A stretch of DNA of 64,000 nt from the human T2T-CHM13v2.0 reference genome, Homo sapiens: the NCBI RefSeq assembly GCF_009914755.1, contig NC_060930.1; one strand, given 5' to 3'. Positions within the stretch are counted from its first letter, which is position 1, and each line of letters starts with the position of its first letter. The notes under the pieces were generated by a model. The model did no database searches and had not been told where the DNA came from. It saw only the letters and a program-made list of their open reading frames with translations. Positions 60,330-64,000 of the stretch are shown piece by piece. The position numbers were made by a program, and so were the translations under genes.

Positions 60330-61190
60330 AAAGCAAATCACTCTTACACTATTTGTTATCCATTTTTTCCTTTCTTCTTTTCATCCTGAAGTATTTACTT
60401 CTTCCACACTGACAAATATTCCTCACTTAACTTCCAGGTCATTATACTTAGCTGTCTTTTTTTTCTTTTAGACATCTACTCTTTAATTTTTATGTACCCT
60501 AGTACTCAGTACTCAGAATTATCCTCTTTTCTATTTATACTTATTCTCTTGATATTCTCCATATAATCCTGAGCCAGCTTGCCAACATTTTGGGCCTTGG
60601 TTTTCCATCTATAAAATGGAGGTAACTGTACCAATTTTATTTAATTGTGTGAAATAATGAAATTAACATATACTTAGAAAAATGTTTAGAATAGATTCTG
60701 GTTCACTAACTATGAGTCATACATAGGTTCTGCAGTTATTATTACTGACTCATCAGTCACCCAAGCTCAAGGCTTAAAACACCTTTTATAGATTGACCAC
60801 TACCAAATTTCTATCTCTAACTCAGACCTCTCTCCAACTCCAGACTCACATATGAAACTTCAGGATCAACATTTCCATTTGAGTGTCTAGAGGGCATCTC
60901 AAACATAGTAAGTTTATAATTGAGCTCATACATTTCCCTGCTAAACCTGTTGCTATCTTAGTCTTTCTTAATTAATTGCAACTGCAACCTTTCGGTTGTT
61001 CACACCCAAAAACTTGGAGTCATTTTTTTCTCTTTCTTGTAAATGCTACAGCCAATCCATCAGTAAATCCAACCAGATTTGCCTTCAAAATATATTTAGA
61101 ATCTCACCCATTCTTATTACTTTTGCTACCACTACACTGGTCCAAAACACTATCATCTACCACTTGGAATATTCTAATAGTTTCTCATTA
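60330..61190. mobile_element. L2 remnant with embedded MIR (~60560-60740)
   Basis: tctctccaactccagactc..gcatctcaaacat..ccttcaaaatatatttagaatctcacc; MIR ccatctataaaatggag. Confidence 0.65.
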
Positions 61191-61449
61191 GCAGAGATAA
61201 GGAAGAGCTTGAATTTGGCGTACCATTTTATTTCATTTTTATTGCACCTCATTGTATTTTGCAAAAATATCAATCTACGATAAACTGAAGAAAAATTAAA
61301 AAATTGGGTCCATCACCATAGACCAGTTAAAAAGCACTGATAACACGTATGGTAAAAAATGGTAGATAATTCATATGGGAAAAATTAAGTGGAAATGAGA
61401 ATAAGGAATATGAGCATCAGAAGGCGGAGGCTATAATTGAATTTATTTT

Positions 61450-61760
61450 TCCCTTCATGTTCTTGTTTTAAAAATTATTTTAAATACAAAAAAGCTGAAA
61501 GTAGATTAGTACCCAGGTGCCTTCAACTTTTATTTAACAATTATTAAGATCTTGCTTACTTGCCTTATAATTGTCTATAAATAAACCTATGCATCATTTT
61601 TATGTAAATATAAAAATAAGTTGCAGATATCATGACACATAAAACACTCGGCATCCATTTCTAAAAAATGAGGGCAATCTTTTTCCAAAGGTACAGTGCC
61701 ATCATCACACCTAAGAAAATGTCAATAATTCCGTAATGCCATCTTTTATTAACTGTCCTG
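61450..61760 (-). mobile_element. L1MC/ME 3' end fragment
   Basis: aaataagttgcagatatcatgacac..catcacacctaagaaaat..aataattcc. Confidence 0.6.
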
Positions 61761-62880
61761 GCCACTTCTAAAACTGAATGTTAGGAAAAAAAAAATATAT
61801 TATTCCTGAAATCTTGGGTCAGAAGGAGATCTGAATTTGGAGGCAACCTTGCTTTAAAACAGTATGGAATTTCATTTTAAATTTATTTTTTTACATTTAT
61901 AAAAAATTGTTTAATGTAATCTTAAAATAAATGTGTTCAATTGCAATGATAAAAATTTAGAAATGATTTTTCAAAGGTGTACAGACTGTTAAATCCCTAT
62001 ATTTTAAATCCCAAACATTACTATAAGGTTCTTCCATCCAAACCATTTTCTTCACACTTTTCTATCAGTAATGTAATATATTTCTTTGGTTCATTGATGA
62101 AAACCCACATAAATATGAGACCTCATTTCACATTATATAGATGAGGTTTTCACATATAGAGATAGTACAATTTCACTCCCTAATGTTCTTAAACCATTTC
62201 TTCAAGTTCTCTCCTAAAATGATTGTATATATATATAAAGTATATAAAGGCAAATAGTCAATAATTTATCATTTTAAAGCTAGATGACTATTTCAGAATG
62301 TTAGTTCATCTTTCTGATTTTAATCAGTTTATACTGAAAATGTGTGAAACTTTTCCAGAAAGTCAATTTTAGTCTGCAGTTGGTATTACTGTATACATTT
62401 CTTTTTACTGAAAATGACATATGCATTTTAAAAATCTGTTAAATGGTGGGGATGTACATTACTGGCAGAATCATTCACATAGTGGGGATGTTTTCTCCTC
62501 TCATAGAAAAAACCATGAAGTATCTAAAACATTTTGCCCTGTGCATACATCTACAGATCTCCTGTCTTCTCAACTACAGATTGGGTTGAGCAGAACACAG
62601 ATAATACAGAAGTACATTTTTTTTCCAGATTAAACTAGGGTAAGTACAGAAAAGCATATGTCTGTATATAATATAGAACTTTATATTTATTTGAAACACG
62701 TATATGCCAAAATCATCCTGCAGATGTTCAAGAAACTTGTTTACTAATTTGGTCATTCACTTGTATTTTAAAAAAGAATATAATCTTAAGTTTTTAGATT
62801 GCTTAACATTTAGAATTTCTTTTCATTTCTGACTGCCTTCTGAATGAGGAACTCTTAATTTGAAAGACTGTTGGCAGAAC

Positions 62881-63100
62881 TGACTCAAGTACATCAGCTC
62901 ATGCACAATATGTTGTTCCTTCTCTGGAACTGTACATAGTGTTTTTCTTCCCCTTGTGGATGTTTATTTGAAGGATGAATAGGTCACTCTTAGCAGGAGA
63001 GCTAGTCATGTGACTGCCAGATACTGAAGACAGATGAGTCAGTTCCATGCAGACTACAAATTATGCATGCTGGATAAATCTATATTCATATTTGCATTTG
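62881..63100. promoter_or_regulatory. Candidate enhancer: M-box, two AP-1 sites, octamer
   Basis: TGACTCA 62881-87; AGTCATGTGACT 63004-15; TGAGTCA 63035-41; ATTTGCAT 63090-97. Confidence 0.45.
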
Positions 63101-63429
63101 ACCTAAGCCTCAACTTTAAAAATAGATTTAACAGAAATTATACAGAAATTCAAAAATTGTTTTGCTAGGAAGCAAACAAGTTATGCAATACAATTTAAAA
63201 AAAGAATGTTCCCTCTGCAAGAAAGAGATCACATTAGTGATGAAATACTATATGTCAGTCTGAGCTTAAGCCCAAATTCAAGAACATACTGTACACAAAA
63301 CTTCTGAAATCTATTTATCTGATGTGTGACTGATAGCTATTGATGCAGCTTGGAGACCTTAGGGCGATACTGACTCCCCATCATTTGTCATTATAAAGTA
63401 TTCTTTGAATGGAAAGTTGTTTGCCTTTC

Positions 63430-63700
63430 ATGGTCAGGGGAAAATAGTCCTGGTGGCTGGGTGCTAGTTAGAGGATAAGAACGTGGGCTAAGAAGGCAAG
63501 GAGCTGGTTTCAAATCCTAGTTTGGCTGCTTAGTTGATTACATATATCTACAAATTATAACTGCATTAGTTTACTCATCTGTAAAACGTGACATGACTAA
63601 TAATGATACGTGCTCCACAGGACCAAGCTAAGGTGTGACTCATCTGACATAATCTTCTAAACAATTTAGCATACGGGTACATACTTACCTAGGCCGTAAT
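63430..63700 (+). mobile_element. MIR
   Basis: ctggtttcaaatcctagttttggc..tttactcatctgtaaaa. Confidence 0.65.
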
Positions 63701-63709
63701 ACCTGTATT

Positions 63710-64000
63710 TTCTTCTCTTTCGTTCTTTCTTTCTTTTCTTTGTTTTGAGACAGGCTCTCACTCTTATCATCTAGGAGTGGTGCGATCTCAGCTCACTGCA
63801 GCCTCAACATCAAGTCAAGTGATTCTCCCACCTCAGCCTCCTGAGTAGCCAGGACTACAGGCATGCACCAGCACGCTCAGCAAATTTTTGTATTTTTTGC
63901 AGAGACTGGGTTTCATTGTGGTGTCCAGGCTGGTCTCCAACTCCTCAGCTCAAGTGATCTGCCAGTCTTGGCCTCCCAAAGTGCTGGGATTACATATGCA
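63710..64000 (-). mobile_element. AluJ (runs off the window edge)
   Basis: ctcactgcagcctcaac..gattctcccacctcagcc..ctcaagtgatctgcc. Confidence 0.92.

Overview
AT-rich, CpG-depleted primate (very probably human) genomic DNA, intergenic or deep intronic. I recognise no exon of a known protein-coding gene, and no rRNA, tRNA, CRISPR or CpG island. Roughly half of the window is decayed transposable element: a rearranged near-full-length L1MA (1-5.36 kb), a heavily nested old L1 (12.4-19.4 kb), 13 Alu copies or fragments (J, S and Y types), several solo LTRs (ERV1, ERVL and MaLR), an ERVL provirus remnant (38-41 kb), DNA transposons, and MIR/L2/CR1 relics. Most ORFs in the supplied track are Alu or L1 artefacts. 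The best lead is a chain of five candidate minus-strand exons in the TE-poor island at 6.9-12.3 kb. It lies just downstream of a same-strand ERV1 LTR, and splicing it gives two phase-consistent small ORFs (73-74 aa and 63 aa). Other leads are a CpG-retaining TATA/CRE module at 34.0-34.5 kb, DR5 and DR4 nuclear-receptor elements, an M-box/AP-1/octamer cluster at 63 kb, and a perfect 67-bp tandem duplication abutting an AluY. Repeat subfamily names come from recall of consensus sequences, not from a RepeatMasker run. Exon and regulatory calls are motif-based hypotheses.
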